DNA of 63,954 nucleotides, counting the filler, from Nemertoderma westbladi (taxonomy: Eukaryota; Animalia; Xenacoelomorpha): NCBI GenBank assembly GCA_032718475.1. It is 4 parts of 4 records of this genome, joined end to end, with 100 filler letters (N's around TTAATTAATTAA, not from the genome) between each part and the next. Parts side by side here need not be neighbours in the genome. Positions count along the whole stretch, not along the records: positions 25,502 to 46,880 come from JAUCBJ010002590.1; 3 more parts are not named here. One strand, written 5' to 3'. Of this stretch, positions 26,094 to 38,101 are shown one piece after another; the stretch's first letter is position 1, and every line of letters begins with the position of its first letter. Below the pieces are notes generated by a model, which saw nothing but the letters and a program-made list of their open reading frames with translations, was not told the origin of the DNA and made no database searches. The translations under genes were made by a program, and so were the position numbers.

Positions 26094-29000
26094 CTGCGCG
26101 AAGTCCCCACGAACGTGTCATACTTCTGTATATATGTTGTGTATGAATGGGGCGTGGGATTAGTGGTCATTGGCATAGCTGAGTAGGAATTCATGGTGGC
26201 AGTAGAACCAGAGTTATCAATACTGTTTATAGCTGCTGGTATCAAATTCACATTATCAGTGGGAGTTAGAGTGTTAATGATGGAGGTACCAGATTTATCA
26301 TCACTGGTTGCATTCGGGACCGAGTTCACAACATCAGTGTGGGTGAAACTATTACTATTAAAAATCCCAAAGTCATCCTCACTGGTTCCAGCTGGGACTG
26401 AGTTCACATTAAAGACGGTAGTTAAAGTGTTACTTGTAAAAGTCCCGAGATTATTAGCACTGGTTACGACTGGGACCGAATTAACAATATTTGTGGGCGT
26501 GAGAATATTGCTGGTAAAAGTCGCAGCATTATCGTTACCGGTAAAGGTCCCAAAATTATTAGCACTGGTCACAACTGGGACCGAATTGACAATATTTGTG
26601 GGTGTGAAAATATTGCTGGTAAAAGTCGCAGCATTATCATAACCGGTAAAAGTCCCAAAATTATTAGCACTGGTCACAACTGGGACCGAATTAACAATAT
26701 TTGTGGGTGTGAAAATATTGCTGGTAAAAGTCGCAGCATTATCATAACCGGTAAAAGTCCCAAAATTATTAGCACAGGTTACAACTGGGACCGAATTAAC
26801 AATATTTGTGGGCGTGAAAATATTGCTGGTAAAAGTCGCAGCATTATCGTTACCGGTAAAGGTCCCAAAATTATTAGCACTGGTCACAACTGGGACCGAA
26901 TTGACAATATTTGTGGGTGTGAAAATATTGCTGGTAAAAGTCGCAGCATTATCATAACCGGTAAAAGTCCCAAAATTATTAGCACTGGTCACAACTGGGA
27001 CCGAATTAACAATATTTGTGGGTGTGAAAATATTGCTGGTAAAAGTCGCAGCATTATCATAACCGGTAAAAGTCCCAAAATTATTAGCACAGGTTACAAC
27101 TGGGACCGAATTAACAATATTTGTGGGTGTGAAAATATTGCTGGTAAAAGTCGCAGCATTATCATTACCAGTAAAAGTCCCAAGATTATTAGCACTGGTT
27201 ACAACTGGGACCGAATTAACAATATTTGTGGGTGTGAAAATATTGCTGGTTAAAGTCGCAGCATTATCATTACCAGTAAAAGTCCCAAAATTATTAGCAC
27301 TGGTTACAACTGGGACCGAATTAACAATATTTGTGGGTGTGAAAATATTGCTGGTAAAAGTCGCAGCATTATCATTACCAGTAAAAGTCCCAAAATTATT
27401 AGCACTGGTTACAACTGGGACCGAATTAACAATATTTGTGGGTGTGAAAATATTGCTGGTAAAAGTCGCAGCATTATCATAACCGGTAAAAGTCCCAAAA
27501 TTATTAGCACTGGTTACGACTGGGAGCGAATTAACACCATGAATGGTCGAGTAATTATTAACTATATGGCTCGATGAATTTCTATTGGTAATTTTAAAGT
27601 TATCCTCAGTATAAAAAAGGGTGGGTTGCTCTTTCTCTGCACTAGGGATAGATGCTACTGCACATATACATTTGTTACAATTAGAAAAATCTGCCCCTAC
27701 ACAGTGTCTCCCCGCTAGGTCGTGTATCGTCTGAATTTGATTACCCGGGCCCCCACCTAGGCTACTCAGCTTAGGGGTACGATCGGAAGATTCATTCTCA
27801 TTGGCGGAGAGTTTACTCTGACTCCTAGTGACTGGTCTTCGGTGATTCTTCCCCTGCCTTATCACTTTTATCCCGTTTTTCTTGGACATCCGATCCCCTG
27901 CGGTGGTAGGGCGAGGTTTGAGTTTATATGAGTGTGTATCAATTGTTGTCACATCGACTTTTGTTTCACCAAAATATGACGTTGCGGGTTCACGACGTAC
28001 CCAGTTACCATAATCGTCCAGGTCCTTAACTACCACAGGTGTTAGTTGGGAGATGATCTTGAGCGTCCTATTGAGCCCCGAGTTGTCCTGGTCTGATAGT
28101 GTGTTGGTTGGGTAGGCATACCCTGCTTCTCGCGCCTCATCCCTTATTAGTCTGGAAACACCAGACTGAACGCCTGTGTGGGTAGGGTCGCCCCCATCGC
28201 ATACCTTGGTCGGGTCATAGGCTGTGTGGATGCCCGGGCCTACCCGCCCTTGTGTTTGCGAGGGGGATAAGAGGGACAGGGTTGTTTGTACAGGAACGAC
28301 TGACATTCCAGGTAGTAATCCTGCCGTTCCGGGTGGTAGAATCGGTGGGGAAGACGAAACCGCCGGTAATCCCGCCGCTCCGGGTGGTAGAGTCGGTGGG
28401 GAAGACGAAACCGCCGGTAATCCCGCCGTTCCGGATGGTAAAATTGGTGGGGAAGACAAAACCGCCGGTACTCCCGCCGTTCCGGGTGGTAGAATTGGTG
28501 GGGAAGACGAAGCCGCCGGTAATCCCGCCGTTCCGGATGGTGCAATCGGTGGGGAAGACAAAACCGCCGGTAATCCCGCCGTTCCGGGTGGTAGAATGTG
28601 TGGGGAAGTCAAAACCGCCGGAAATCCCGCCGTTCCGGGTGGTAGACTCGGCGGGGAAGACGAAACCGCCGGTAATCCCGCCGTTCCGGGTGGTAGAGTC
28701 GGTGGGGAGGACGAAACCGCCGGTAATCCCGCCGTTCCAGGTGGTAGACTCGGCGGGGAAGACGAAACCGCCGGTAATCCCGCCGTTCCGGGTGGTAGAA
28801 TCGGTGGGGAAGACAAAACCGCCGGTAATCCCGCCGTTCCGGGTGGTAGAATCGGTGGGGAAGACAAGACCGCCGGTAATCCCGCCGTTCCGGATGGTAG
28901 AGTCGGTGGGGAAGACAAAACCGCCGGTAATCCCGCCGTTCCGGGTGGTAGAATCGGTGGGGAAGACAAAACCGCCGGTAATCCCGCCGTTCCGGATGGT

Positions 29001-29818
29001 GCAATCGGTGGGGAAGACAAAACCGCCGGTAATCCCGCCGTTCCGGGTGGTAGAATCGGTGGGGAAGACAAAACCGCCGGTAATCCCGCCGTTCCGGGTG
29101 GTAGAATCGGTGGGGAAGACAAAACCGCCGGTAATCCCGCCGTTCCGGATGGTAGAGTCGGTGGGGAAGACAAAACCGCCGGTAATCCCGCCGTTCCAGG
29201 TGGTAGAATCGGTGGGGAAGACAAAACCGCCGGTAATCCCGCCGTTCCGGGTGGTAGAATCGGTGGGGAGGACAAAACCGCCGGTAATCCCGCCGTTCCG
29301 GATGGTAGAGTCGGTGGGGAAGACAAAACCGCCGGTAATCCCGCCGTTCCGGGTGGTAGAATCGGTGGGGAAGACAAAACCGCCGGTAATCCCGCCGTTC
29401 CGGGTGGTAGAATCGGTGGGGAAGACAAAACCGCCGGTAATCCCGCCGTTCCGGATGGTAGAGTCGGTGGGGAAGACAAAACCGCCGGTAATCCCGCCGT
29501 TCCAGGTGGTAGACTCGGCGGGGAAGACGAAACCGCCGGTAATCCCGCCGTTCCGGGTGGTAAAATCGGTGGGGAAGACGAAACCGCCGGTAGTCTTGCC
29601 GTTCCGGGCAGTAGGGTCGGTGGGGGAGATAAAACCGCCAGTACCGGTAATCCTGCCGTTCCGGGTGGAAGAATCGATGGAGAAGTCGAGACTGCCATGG
29701 CCATCTTGGTCGTAGTTTCTCTATTAGTGCATGGCGTGGGCCTGTTGGGCCATGCGAGGCCGGTGCCTGGCCGGGGCAACCGGCTTCTTGGCTTGACCGG
29801 TGTGCGTGGTATCGGCAT
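26087..29818 (-). CDS. Hypothetical 1243-aa repeat-rich protein, possibly a retroelement gag/ORF1-like gene; 3' end overlaps an inserted element
   Basis: ATG start. The frame stays open through two tandem arrays and about 250 aa of unique linker. No recognisable domain. Confidence 0.45.
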   Translation of the reverse strand: MPIPRTPVKPRSRLPRPGTGLAWPNRPTPCTNRETTTKMAMAVSTSPSILPPGTAGLPVLAVLSPPPTLLPGTARLPAVSSSPPILPPGTAGLPAVSSSPPSLPPGTAGLPAVLSSPPTLPSGTAGLPAVLSSPPILPPGTAGLPAVLSSPPILPPGTAGLPAVLSSPPTLPSGTAGLPAVLSSPPILPPGTAGLPAVLSSPPILPPGTAGLPAVLSSPPTLPSGTAGLPAVLSSPPILPPGTAGLPAVLSSPPILPPGTAGLPAVLSSPPIAPSGTAGLPAVLSSPPILPPGTAGLPAVLSSPPTLPSGTAGLPAVLSSPPILPPGTAGLPAVLSSPPILPPGTAGLPAVSSSPPSLPPGTAGLPAVSSSPPTLPPGTAGLPAVSSSPPSLPPGTAGFPAVLTSPHILPPGTAGLPAVLSSPPIAPSGTAGLPAASSSPPILPPGTAGVPAVLSSPPILPSGTAGLPAVSSSPPTLPPGAAGLPAVSSSPPILPPGTAGLLPGMSVVPVQTTLSLLSPSQTQGRVGPGIHTAYDPTKVCDGGDPTHTGVQSGVSRLIRDEAREAGYAYPTNTLSDQDNSGLNRTLKIISQLTPVVVKDLDDYGNWVRREPATSYFGETKVDVTTIDTHSYKLKPRPTTAGDRMSKKNGIKVIRQGKNHRRPVTRSQSKLSANENESSDRTPKLSSLGGGPGNQIQTIHDLAGRHCVGADFSNCNKCICAVASIPSAEKEQPTLFYTEDNFKITNRNSSSHIVNNYSTIHGVNSLPVVTSANNFGTFTGYDNAATFTSNIFTPTNIVNSVPVVTSANNFGTFTGNDNAATFTSNIFTPTNIVNSVPVVTSANNFGTFTGNDNAATLTSNIFTPTNIVNSVPVVTSANNLGTFTGNDNAATFTSNIFTPTNIVNSVPVVTCANNFGTFTGYDNAATFTSNIFTPTNIVNSVPVVTSANNFGTFTGYDNAATFTSNIFTPTNIVNSVPVVTSANNFGTFTGNDNAATFTSNIFTPTNIVNSVPVVTCANNFGTFTGYDNAATFTSNIFTPTNIVNSVPVVTSANNFGTFTGYDNAATFTSNIFTPTNIVNSVPVVTSANNFGTFTGNDNAATFTSNILTPTNIVNSVPVVTSANNLGTFTSNTLTTVFNVNSVPAGTSEDDFGIFNSNSFTHTDVVNSVPNATSDDKSGTSIINTLTPTDNVNLIPAAINSIDNSGSTATMNSYSAMPMTTNPTPHSYTTYIQKYDTFVGTSRST
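26431..27535. repeat. 105-bp tandem repeat, about 10.5 copies
   Basis: Encodes NSVPVVTSANNFGTFTG(N/Y)DNAATFTSNIFTPTNIV on the minus strand. Confidence 0.95.
28310..29690. repeat. 51-bp GC-rich tandem repeat, about 27 copies
   Basis: Unit gggaagacaaaaccgccggtaatcccgccgttccgggtggtagaatcggtg; encodes SSPPILPPGTAGLPAVL on the minus strand. Confidence 0.95.
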
Positions 29819-29943
29819 GGTGAATGTAGTCTATTACTTACTGTATTACTGTATTTATAATTAGGCCAATAAGAAATACACGGTATTATATACTGATTGG
29901 GAGCGATAGGTTAAAATACTCAATTCGATAATTATTCGACTCG

Positions 29944-30470
29944 ATAATTATCAATTATTATTTAACTGTTTGAATTGAAATAACCCAGAACTTGGTATAA
30001 TGCAATTAAGTCAACCAGTACCTGGTATAGGTATAATGCTAAGGATGGTTTTCCACCGCAGGGTCACGGTTGGGGCTTTGTACTAACAATGAAAATACAT
30101 AATCATATTATTTGCTCTATGTGTAACACTATTGTCATTTATGAGGTCAATGGTTCTGTTCAAATAATAAATTAGTTATAGGTCACTAGAAACACCAGGT
30201 AACATCGAGACAGAGGGAATCCGTACTCGGCAGACATCACTCACTATGTACATTGTCTAATGTCCATGTCCAATGTCTAACTGTAGGTATCCGCTATCCG
30301 GTATTTCAGCTGATTCAGGGAGAGCGTTGCGTTGCTAGGATACTGTTCCATTGACAATTAACTATTTATTGGTAAATAAATAAATAATAAACTTAAAGTC
30401 TTTTTTTTAAGTTCTAACAAATTTGGATTATGTGGATTTTATTTACAAATATACTCGACATTTCAAGAAA
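29944..30470 (+). repeat. About 527-bp dispersed repeat, copy 1
   Basis: Near-identical, same orientation, to 46309-46836. Confidence 0.9.
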
Positions 30471-31520
30471 AATCGCAGAATTGGCATGTTTTCGGAAAAA
30501 AGTGGTTTTAGCGCAAGCTGTGAGAGAATAACGCATTGCGTTAAAAAACGCAGCTGTGGGATGCCTGAATACCTTGTCAATTAGTAAGGATCTTTTCAAA
30601 GTGGGCGTTCCAACCTTTGATGCGATAAGCTGATTCTAACTTAACCTTGGTGTTTGGTTGGTTGGCTTCCCAGTCAGCAATTATTTGATTGATTTCCATG
30701 CCTGGGATGAAAGCCTGCTGTCATCAGCATCCTACCCATATCCCCCCGCCAGTCCGCGCAGCACTACTGCGCTACCTACCCTATTGGGATTGACTGTAGG
30801 CCATGCCTGCCCAACCGGTACTACTGGTCTGCATGTGCATAACACACTTTTACCGATCCCGTCATATACTGGGATTCTTACCTACCGATACCGGTACACG
30901 GTACCTTAGTACCTACCGTTGTACATTACTGCTGTATCTTGTGTTATTGCCACTTTTAGTACCATATAGCTTCTTTGCTATTATATTATAATATACTGAT
31001 ACATATATCATTCTTAGCTTCCTTTCCCATTGGCGCCCTTTTTATTAATTACATGTTCACTGGAGTTACTTCAATGTTTCACCCCTTTACTGTGTTACTA
31101 AACTTTAATAGCAATTATTTTACACCCTTATTTTGCATGTCTATCCCACCATTGCATTATTGTGTTCATTAATATTTGGAATATCTGTCCTATTTAAACC
31201 ATAACGGCCATATATTACACCCGGCACGAGATTGTAAATTATTAATTGTAATTTAATAAAAGTTAATTGTAAAAAAGATTGTAAATTGCATGGAATAACT
31301 CAATCTTTATGTTTGTACGCACAAAACGTAAATAGATATAGTGTTCCACAGATAGAGGCCTTTATTATAGCCCCATTTTGAGCCTACCCTCTTCAAAGAG
31401 CCCCAAAAGTCCATTCATTACAACATCTCATCTAAACAAACAAGTTGGGTTGGCTTTTAATTCTTTAAACACTACGCCATGTCCTTTACCAAATTAGTGG
31501 CCTATTTCGTAACATATATC

Positions 31521-32804
31521 CTACTGATCAACATATCCACATGCGAATAAAGTCATGAGAGTGAATATAAAAGGCAGAATAGTCAGACTAAGAAGTGAAG
31601 CGGTTATTTGGAATCCGAAATAATCAATTAGAATGCCACCGAATACCGCGCCTAGTAAATCACCAACGGCAAATGAGATTCTAAGAGCTTGTTGTAGAAC
31701 AGCCCTTGTATCAATGTTGTCAGGGTGACCGCAGACCCTCACAGCCAGGCGAGTTTGTGTTTCAAACGCTGGAATCTGCATTATCGCGGCTCCCAATCCA
31801 ATGATGACCATCGAACTAAGTGAAATGGATAAGGAGTGAGGTAAACCAAGTATCTCAGTCGGCCCTACTAGTTGCATAGAACCGAACAGTATCGTTACAC
31901 CAATTACAGTTGGGTAAATTGTCTTGAAATTGAACTTTTTAATCAAAAAAGTTATTGTGACAGCTATACAAGATTCGCACCCTGGATGTATCATATATGC
32001 TAAACCAATATTATATTGGTTGACGTGGTAGTAGTTGTGAATATAAGACGAGTAATAAGCCAATACAAAATATATCACCATCGTACCATAGATGTGGATA
32101 ATATATATTATCGTAATTGCCGGGTTCTTCAGCAAATCAAGATATGTTGGTCGTTCCTCATTAGATTCATGTCTATCGTAAAGGTAAGGAGGAGCCTCGT
32201 ACCAACAGTAAAGAACTCCAGTGAGAAACATCAAACTCGATATGATAAAAGGATATTCAAAACCCAGGGAAGCGAACAAAGAGGATCCAAATACTGGTGC
32301 GATACCATATCCTGCAGAGCCAAGTACAAGAGATATACCAGCTAAGACACTTCTGTGGTTTGGCATCAATTCCATCAATAAATTGTAGGAGTAAGTGAAA
32401 CATATGTTTAGACCAATTCCTATTATCAGTCGCAGCAAAAAACAGGTGAATATATGTCCGGTGTTGTTGGGAATGTATTCTACAAATCCAAAAAGCAGCT
32501 GGGATGTCGTTCCTATAACGCCAAATATTCCTAAAGAAATTCGCGATCCCCAGTTGGTGATGGAATGTGGGAAAACAATGTAAAGAATAACCTGGACGAG
32601 GGGATATATTGCAAAGAACAAACCAATGAGGGTCTTAGACCAGCCACGCTTTCCTACAACGATAGGGAAAAATGATTCCAGAAGGTTCATACCCCATCCT
32701 GGTATTAACTGAAAGGTCATCAATATAATCACCAACACAGTAAGTCTCCATCCATGAAGTCTTTTTGTTGGAGTTTGGTAAAGGGAAGTTGATTCATCTA
32801 GCAT
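31521..32804 (-). CDS. Intronless MFS transporter, SLC18B1-like, copy 1 (427 aa)
   Basis: About 12 hydrophobic segments; SFFP...RG.S...IG..FA.YP, LLRL..G.G, G..I.PVFG..L...GF..PF. Start inferred from the paralogue (MLDESTS). Confidence 0.85.
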   Translation of the reverse strand: MLDESTSLYQTPTKRLHGWRLTVLVIILMTFQLIPGWGMNLLESFFPIVVGKRGWSKTLIGLFFAIYPLVQVILYIVFPHSITNWGSRISLGIFGVIGTTSQLLFGFVEYIPNNTGHIFTCFLLRLIIGIGLNICFTYSYNLLMELMPNHRSVLAGISLVLGSAGYGIAPVFGSSLFASLGFEYPFIISSLMFLTGVLYCWYEAPPYLYDRHESNEERPTYLDLLKNPAITIIYIIHIYGTMVIYFVLAYYSSYIHNYYHVNQYNIGLAYMIHPGCESCIAVTITFLIKKFNFKTIYPTVIGVTILFGSMQLVGPTEILGLPHSLSISLSSMVIIGLGAAIMQIPAFETQTRLAVRVCGHPDNIDTRAVLQQALRISFAVGDLLGAVFGGILIDYFGFQITASLLSLTILPFIFTLMTLFACGYVDQ

Positions 32805-33284
32805 TATGAATAATATATATTCTATTATTACTAAATTCAAATAATATATCAAATAACATTTAGATTTAAATAAAAAATACTTGAGCATTAATACTATGAA
32901 TACTACAACCCAAACAATGTTAAACACCTAGTATTATTTATAGAGAGCTATGAAGGATTCTCTTTTTTAAACTAAACACATATTAAAAAGCAATAAAATA
33001 TCATATTGTAACATGCTGCGTCAGTTTTAATTCTATCACATTACATTTTTATTGTTTTTATTTCTATTAGCAATAACTGGTTCAACCAAATTTAAATGCG
33101 CCTGATCATTATGGATTTCACTAAAAAAAATTTGCTTTTGAGATTGTTTGGTTATTCGAATATTTGTCATTAACATAATATTCATATTATTTTATTAATT
33201 ATTTTATTCTTAGCAAAGACGTTTCTATAATGACGAAGAATTTTTATTATGGAAGAAGTATCATGGAAGAATATTATGGAAGTA

Positions 33285-34500
33285 TTATGAGAGATATATA
33301 TGGAGTATTATGGAAGAAGAGGTATCATCGCTCCATTCTTGTGTTGTATTATGGTTGGGTGTTATGAGATCTTTATGTCTTAGTTTGTTTTTAAATTTCT
33401 TGGCAGAGTTTCTTTTATGGTCCTCTGTTTTCCCTGTATGTTTCTGTTTCTTGGTAGTTTTCTGTGAGTCCGCTATCGGTTTTATTTCTGTGTGTGTTCC
33501 TATAGGAGGTTTTGCTATAATTTGTTCTAGTGTTTCTAACCTTTTTATCAACCCATCATTTTCCAGTTGAGTCATCTTTAGCTCAACTTGCATTTTTGCT
33601 ACCTTGTCTATTAAATCCAATACCCCAAATGACTCAACAGATGATACATTTTTCCAGTTTGATACAGTTTGATACAGATGATACAGTTTCCCAGTTGATG
33701 ATGACCTAGATTTTCCAATTTTATTATTAGCCTTGCCTTTTGATACACTTGTTTCACTGTTTGCAGTATTATGCTTGACTGCATCTTGTTGTGTTGTATG
33801 GTCCACTGGAATGTGTATGTAATATATCTCGATCAATTTCATCATCAGGGTCGTACAGCTTCAGTGCTTCTAGGGATTTGACTAGCCAAGCTCTGGATCT
33901 ATCACTGTTAAAATGGATAGGAAATATTGTATCTTTATCTTGTGCCACAGCCAGCGCATATACGCAGACAAATAACCCACAGTCGAAGCCATCTGATTGT
34001 TTCTCATAACCAGTGTGCTCCGCAGAAACAGTCCATTTGGTACTTGAATTACCATTAGACCAGTGGTTAAGTTTGTCTATTTTATGTAGTATGTCTGTTA
34101 TTGCAAAGGTTGACTTGTTAGGCATGGAGGGACCGAGAGAATCTAATAAGTAGACAGTCTTGTTGTGTGAATCTGCTATGTGTTCTACAAAGTGGTTGCT
34201 TGACCATTGAGGAATGAGAAGTATACGTGGTGGTAACTATTGATACCGGCCTATATGCCTGGGAGCCAGGTATTTCGCGGTTGTCAGTCATTCCATTTTT
34301 GTCGGAGGATGTAGGAGCCAAAGTCACAAGAGATTGCAGCAGTATGTGGGAATGCACGCTCAATCAGAGAGAGGAAGCCAGAGACGATATCGTCATTTAT
34401 CCATTCTCCTGGTTTTAGAGTATTGTATGCTGCTAGCTGCTGGGAGTGGAATAATGATGCCTGGTCGTTCAATTTTTTAGTGTACGTATATATTTTGAGA
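33285..34500 (-). pseudogene. Degenerate Ulp1/peptidase C48 (SUMO protease) plus coiled-coil coding region, probably transposon-derived
   Basis: LKPGEWINDDIV, LLIP...NHF, VYLLDSL and KQSDGFDCGLFV lie across different frames, with stops and frameshifts. Confidence 0.7.
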
Positions 34501-34673
34501 GTTCATTATCAATGTCTACTGTAGAAGTTGGCCAAGACTGGGAATGATCAATGAATACTTCATAGCATTCCTCATCTTTGGTATACATATTAGTTTTTGG
34601 GCAGCTTGCATTATCCAGGGGAGGGCCATTTCCAGTCATACTGGTTGCTGGATAATTCGCAGGGTGTGCCTTG

Positions 34674-35690
34674 ATATATATATATATATTGATCTTGTAT
34701 TAAATTAAAAACCCATAAGATGCGGGCAAATGGAGGCACAAAGTTAAAATCAAATAGCATTTATACTTATTAGCATAACAGTAAAATTGGCTTATTTATG
34801 ACTGTTCAGTTCGGGCTCAACTTAAAAATAAATAAAGTTATATATTAAATTTAAAAAGTGTCTAACAAATTTAGACCTTGGCAAGCACGCCCAATAGCTC
34901 CCGGTTGCGTACGTAGCAAAGAGTTTCTAGGTCGCATCGATCAAAAACCTCAATTAGCTTTGTGGACCTTCTTTCCGGACAACCGAATAGGAAGTGATGG
35001 CCAGTTTCTATTGCTCCGCATATGCAGAGGTTTGACTCTAGGTCGCCGTAGAGATGCCTCATGTACGCGGTATTGGCCTGCCCGAGGATCAAGCCCAATA
35101 CAAACGATTCCTGAACTCTACAACATCTCAGATTCATTGGTTCAAGAGGTGGAGATCCGATATTTTCGGGATTAACGGATTTAGCCACTAACATGTTTCT
35201 CCAAAGTTTGCATAAATACTTATCGGTATCGTGTTTCTTGTATACAAAGACACTTGAATTTAAATTACATATTGAAGGTAGTGAGATGGACGATCGCAAC
35301 CCGAGATGCCATGCTAAGTAAGATCGTACATATGATGAGTGTAGCGCATAGATATGATTATGATTTACCCGATAGTAGACTGATAGCCAGTAAATACATG
35401 TATAGTGATCGCTTCTCGACAGTAACTTGAGTAGGTATTTTGTGGCTACATGCCTGCACCAAAGTACAGGCGACGGTAGACCACATACTAATTCCATTTT
35501 CGATCGATCCGGATTGAATGGTGTCCCAGTAACACGCTTCAACATTATTCCCCACATCTGGTGGAGAGAAGTCATTGTGGAGGTGTTTACCCATATTTGT
35601 GATGCATACATAATACGCGGAAGAAGTACTGCATGTATGATCTTAATTGCTGTTGGGAGACAGATACCATGATTTATGAGCACGAGACCG
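34674..35690 (-). mobile_element. 5'-truncated LINE (ORF2 C-terminus with CCHC) ending in (TA)n
   Basis: LLPRIMYASQIW and CICGAIETGHHFLFGCP; (TA)n tail at 34674-34690. Confidence 0.75.
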
Positions 35691-36817
35691 ATACCATGAT
35701 TTTACAATTGATTTGTGAGGGTTGGTTTGATGTTATATTATGAGTGTGGTGTAGGGGGTGCTGTTGTGTTTGAGGTGTATGTGTAGATAGGTTGGACGTG
35801 TTTGAGGTGTGCGAATTGTCGTTTCCTAAGTAATTATGTTGGGAATGGTTGGGCGAATATTGAGTTTGGTCTTTTACATTAATTATGTGGGGTGTTACAT
35901 GCTGATTGAAATTAGTTCCCATTAAGCCCCCCACAACCCCATTTGCATTGTCAGTTAATACATAAATATTATACTTAAACAAAGATATAAGTAGGACCAT
36001 GAATCCTCCAGGCTTGCGATCGTTCTTCATAATTGTTGTAAACTGAGTAAATTTTTTCCTTCAATACAGCAAACTTTTTGCCTACCACGCTACCAGTTAC
36101 CGGTACCATTGTAATGTAACAGCCTACTGTTGGGCGGATAATAGTAGAACTGTAATAAGTCATTAAAGCAATAATGATAGTATATTACTACATACAATAG
36201 AGCAACTGGTATACCTACAATCCGTATCTCATTCTAGATATCATTTTTCAAACTGGGAGTCATTACTCAAACCTTTTACTAATGATAGTCAACGGAGAAT
36301 TTAGGTAGGTAAGAGTTTAGAAATCAGAGCGACCCAGCCAAGTCAAACTTACTCAAACTAAATAGTTTAGCAAGAAAGTTTAGCAGAAGTGATTGAGCCA
36401 TTAAATTCCAAGATTGCTGTATGAATTCGATAATGGAGGGTGACACCAGTTAGAGTTTACTTTTTCTTTACTGTTATTTTAGACTTCAATGCCCAACCCC
36501 ATTACAGTGGTGGTGCTATATGTACATCAATAACAATTATATCTGTATTTTGTATGTTTATTTGTATTTAACCATTATATGCAATAATATTTGGAATGTC
36601 TGCCCTTTTTATCTCATAACGGCCAGATATTACACCAAGCATCAGATCTAAAGTACTGTACATGGAATAACTCAATCTTAATGTTTGTAAGCACAAAAAG
36701 TAAATAGTTATATTGTTTCACAGATAAGACTAAATTTAGAGCCCAATTTAAACACTATTTATGCCATATCCTTCACCAAATTAGTATCATATTTCGTAAC
36801 ATACTCTAGTGTATATC

Positions 36818-38101
36818 CTACTGATCAACATATCCACATGCGAATAAAGTCATGAGAGTGATTATAAAAGGCAGAATAGTCAGACTAAGAAGTGAAGCGG
36901 TTATTTGGAATCCGAAGTAATCATTTAGAATACCACCGAATAGCGCGCCAAGTAAAGCACCAACGGCAAATGAGATTCTAAGGGCTTGTTGTAGAACAGC
37001 CCTTGTATCAATGTTGTCAGGGTGACCGCAGACCCTCACAGCCAGACGAGTTTGTGTTTCAAACGCTGGAATCGACATTATCCCAACTGACATTCCAATA
37101 ATGACCATCGAACTAAGTGAAATGGTTAAGGAGTGAGGTAAACCAAGTATCTCAGTCGGTCCTACTAGTTGCATAGAGCCGAACAGTATCGTTGCACCAA
37201 TTACAGTTGGGTAAATTGTCTTGAAATTGAACTTTTTAATCAAAATGGTAAATAAGACAGCTATAAAAATTTCGCATCCAGGATGTATCATATATGCTAA
37301 ACCAATATTATATTGATTGACATGATAGTAGTAGTGAATATAAGACGAGTAATACGCCAATACAAAATGAATCACCATCAATAGATAGATGTGATGAATA
37401 TATATTATCGTAATTGCTGGGTTCTTCAGCAATCCAAGATATGTTGGTCGTTCCTCATTTGATTCATGTCTATCGTAAAGGTAAGGAGGAGCCTCGTACC
37501 AGCAGTAAAGAACACCAGTGAGAAACATCAAACTCGATATGATAAATGGATATTCAAAACCCAGGGAAGCGAACAAAGAGGATCCAAATACTGGTGCGAT
37601 AGCATATCCTGCAGTGCTAAGTACAATAGATATACCAGCTAAGAAACTTCTGTGGTTTGGCATCAATTCCATTAATAAATTGTAGGAGTAAGTGTAACAT
37701 ATGTTTAGACCAATTCCTATTAGTAGTCGCAGCAAAAAACATGTGAATATATGTCCGGTGTTGTTGGGAATGTATTCTACAAATCCAAAAAGCAGCTGGG
37801 ATGTCGTTCCTATGACGCCAAATATTCCTAAAGAAATTCGCGAACCCCAGTTGGTGATGGAATGTGGGAAAACAATGTAAAGAATAACCTGGACGAGGGG
37901 ATATATTGCAAACAAGGAACCAATGAGGGTCTTAGACCAGCCACGCTTTCCTACAACGATAGGGAAAAATGATTCCAGTAGATTCATACCCCATCCTGGT
38001 ATTAACTGAAAGGTCATCAATATAATCACCAACACAGTAAGTCTCCATCCATGAAGTCTATTTGTTGGAGTTTGGTAAAGGGAAGTTGATTCATCAAGCA
38101 T
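36818..38101 (-). CDS. Intronless MFS transporter, SLC18B1-like, copy 2 (427 aa)
   Basis: Same length as and highly similar to 31521-32804; flanks are also partly duplicated. Confidence 0.85.
   Translation of the reverse strand: MLDESTSLYQTPTNRLHGWRLTVLVIILMTFQLIPGWGMNLLESFFPIVVGKRGWSKTLIGSLFAIYPLVQVILYIVFPHSITNWGSRISLGIFGVIGTTSQLLFGFVEYIPNNTGHIFTCFLLRLLIGIGLNICYTYSYNLLMELMPNHRSFLAGISIVLSTAGYAIAPVFGSSLFASLGFEYPFIISSLMFLTGVLYCWYEAPPYLYDRHESNEERPTYLGLLKNPAITIIYIHHIYLLMVIHFVLAYYSSYIHYYYHVNQYNIGLAYMIHPGCEIFIAVLFTILIKKFNFKTIYPTVIGATILFGSMQLVGPTEILGLPHSLTISLSSMVIIGMSVGIMSIPAFETQTRLAVRVCGHPDNIDTRAVLQQALRISFAVGALLGALFGGILNDYFGFQITASLLSLTILPFIITLMTLFACGYVDQ

Noticed and set aside
28224-29864. 546-aa and 487-aa plus-strand ORFs (Gly-rich, collagen-like look)
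   Set aside because: Antisense shadows of the stop-poor 51-bp repeat; no Gly-X-Y period, and they close outside the array.
32805-32927. 41-aa N-terminal extension of MFS copy 1
   Set aside because: AT-rich and absent from the paralogue, which starts at MLDESTS.
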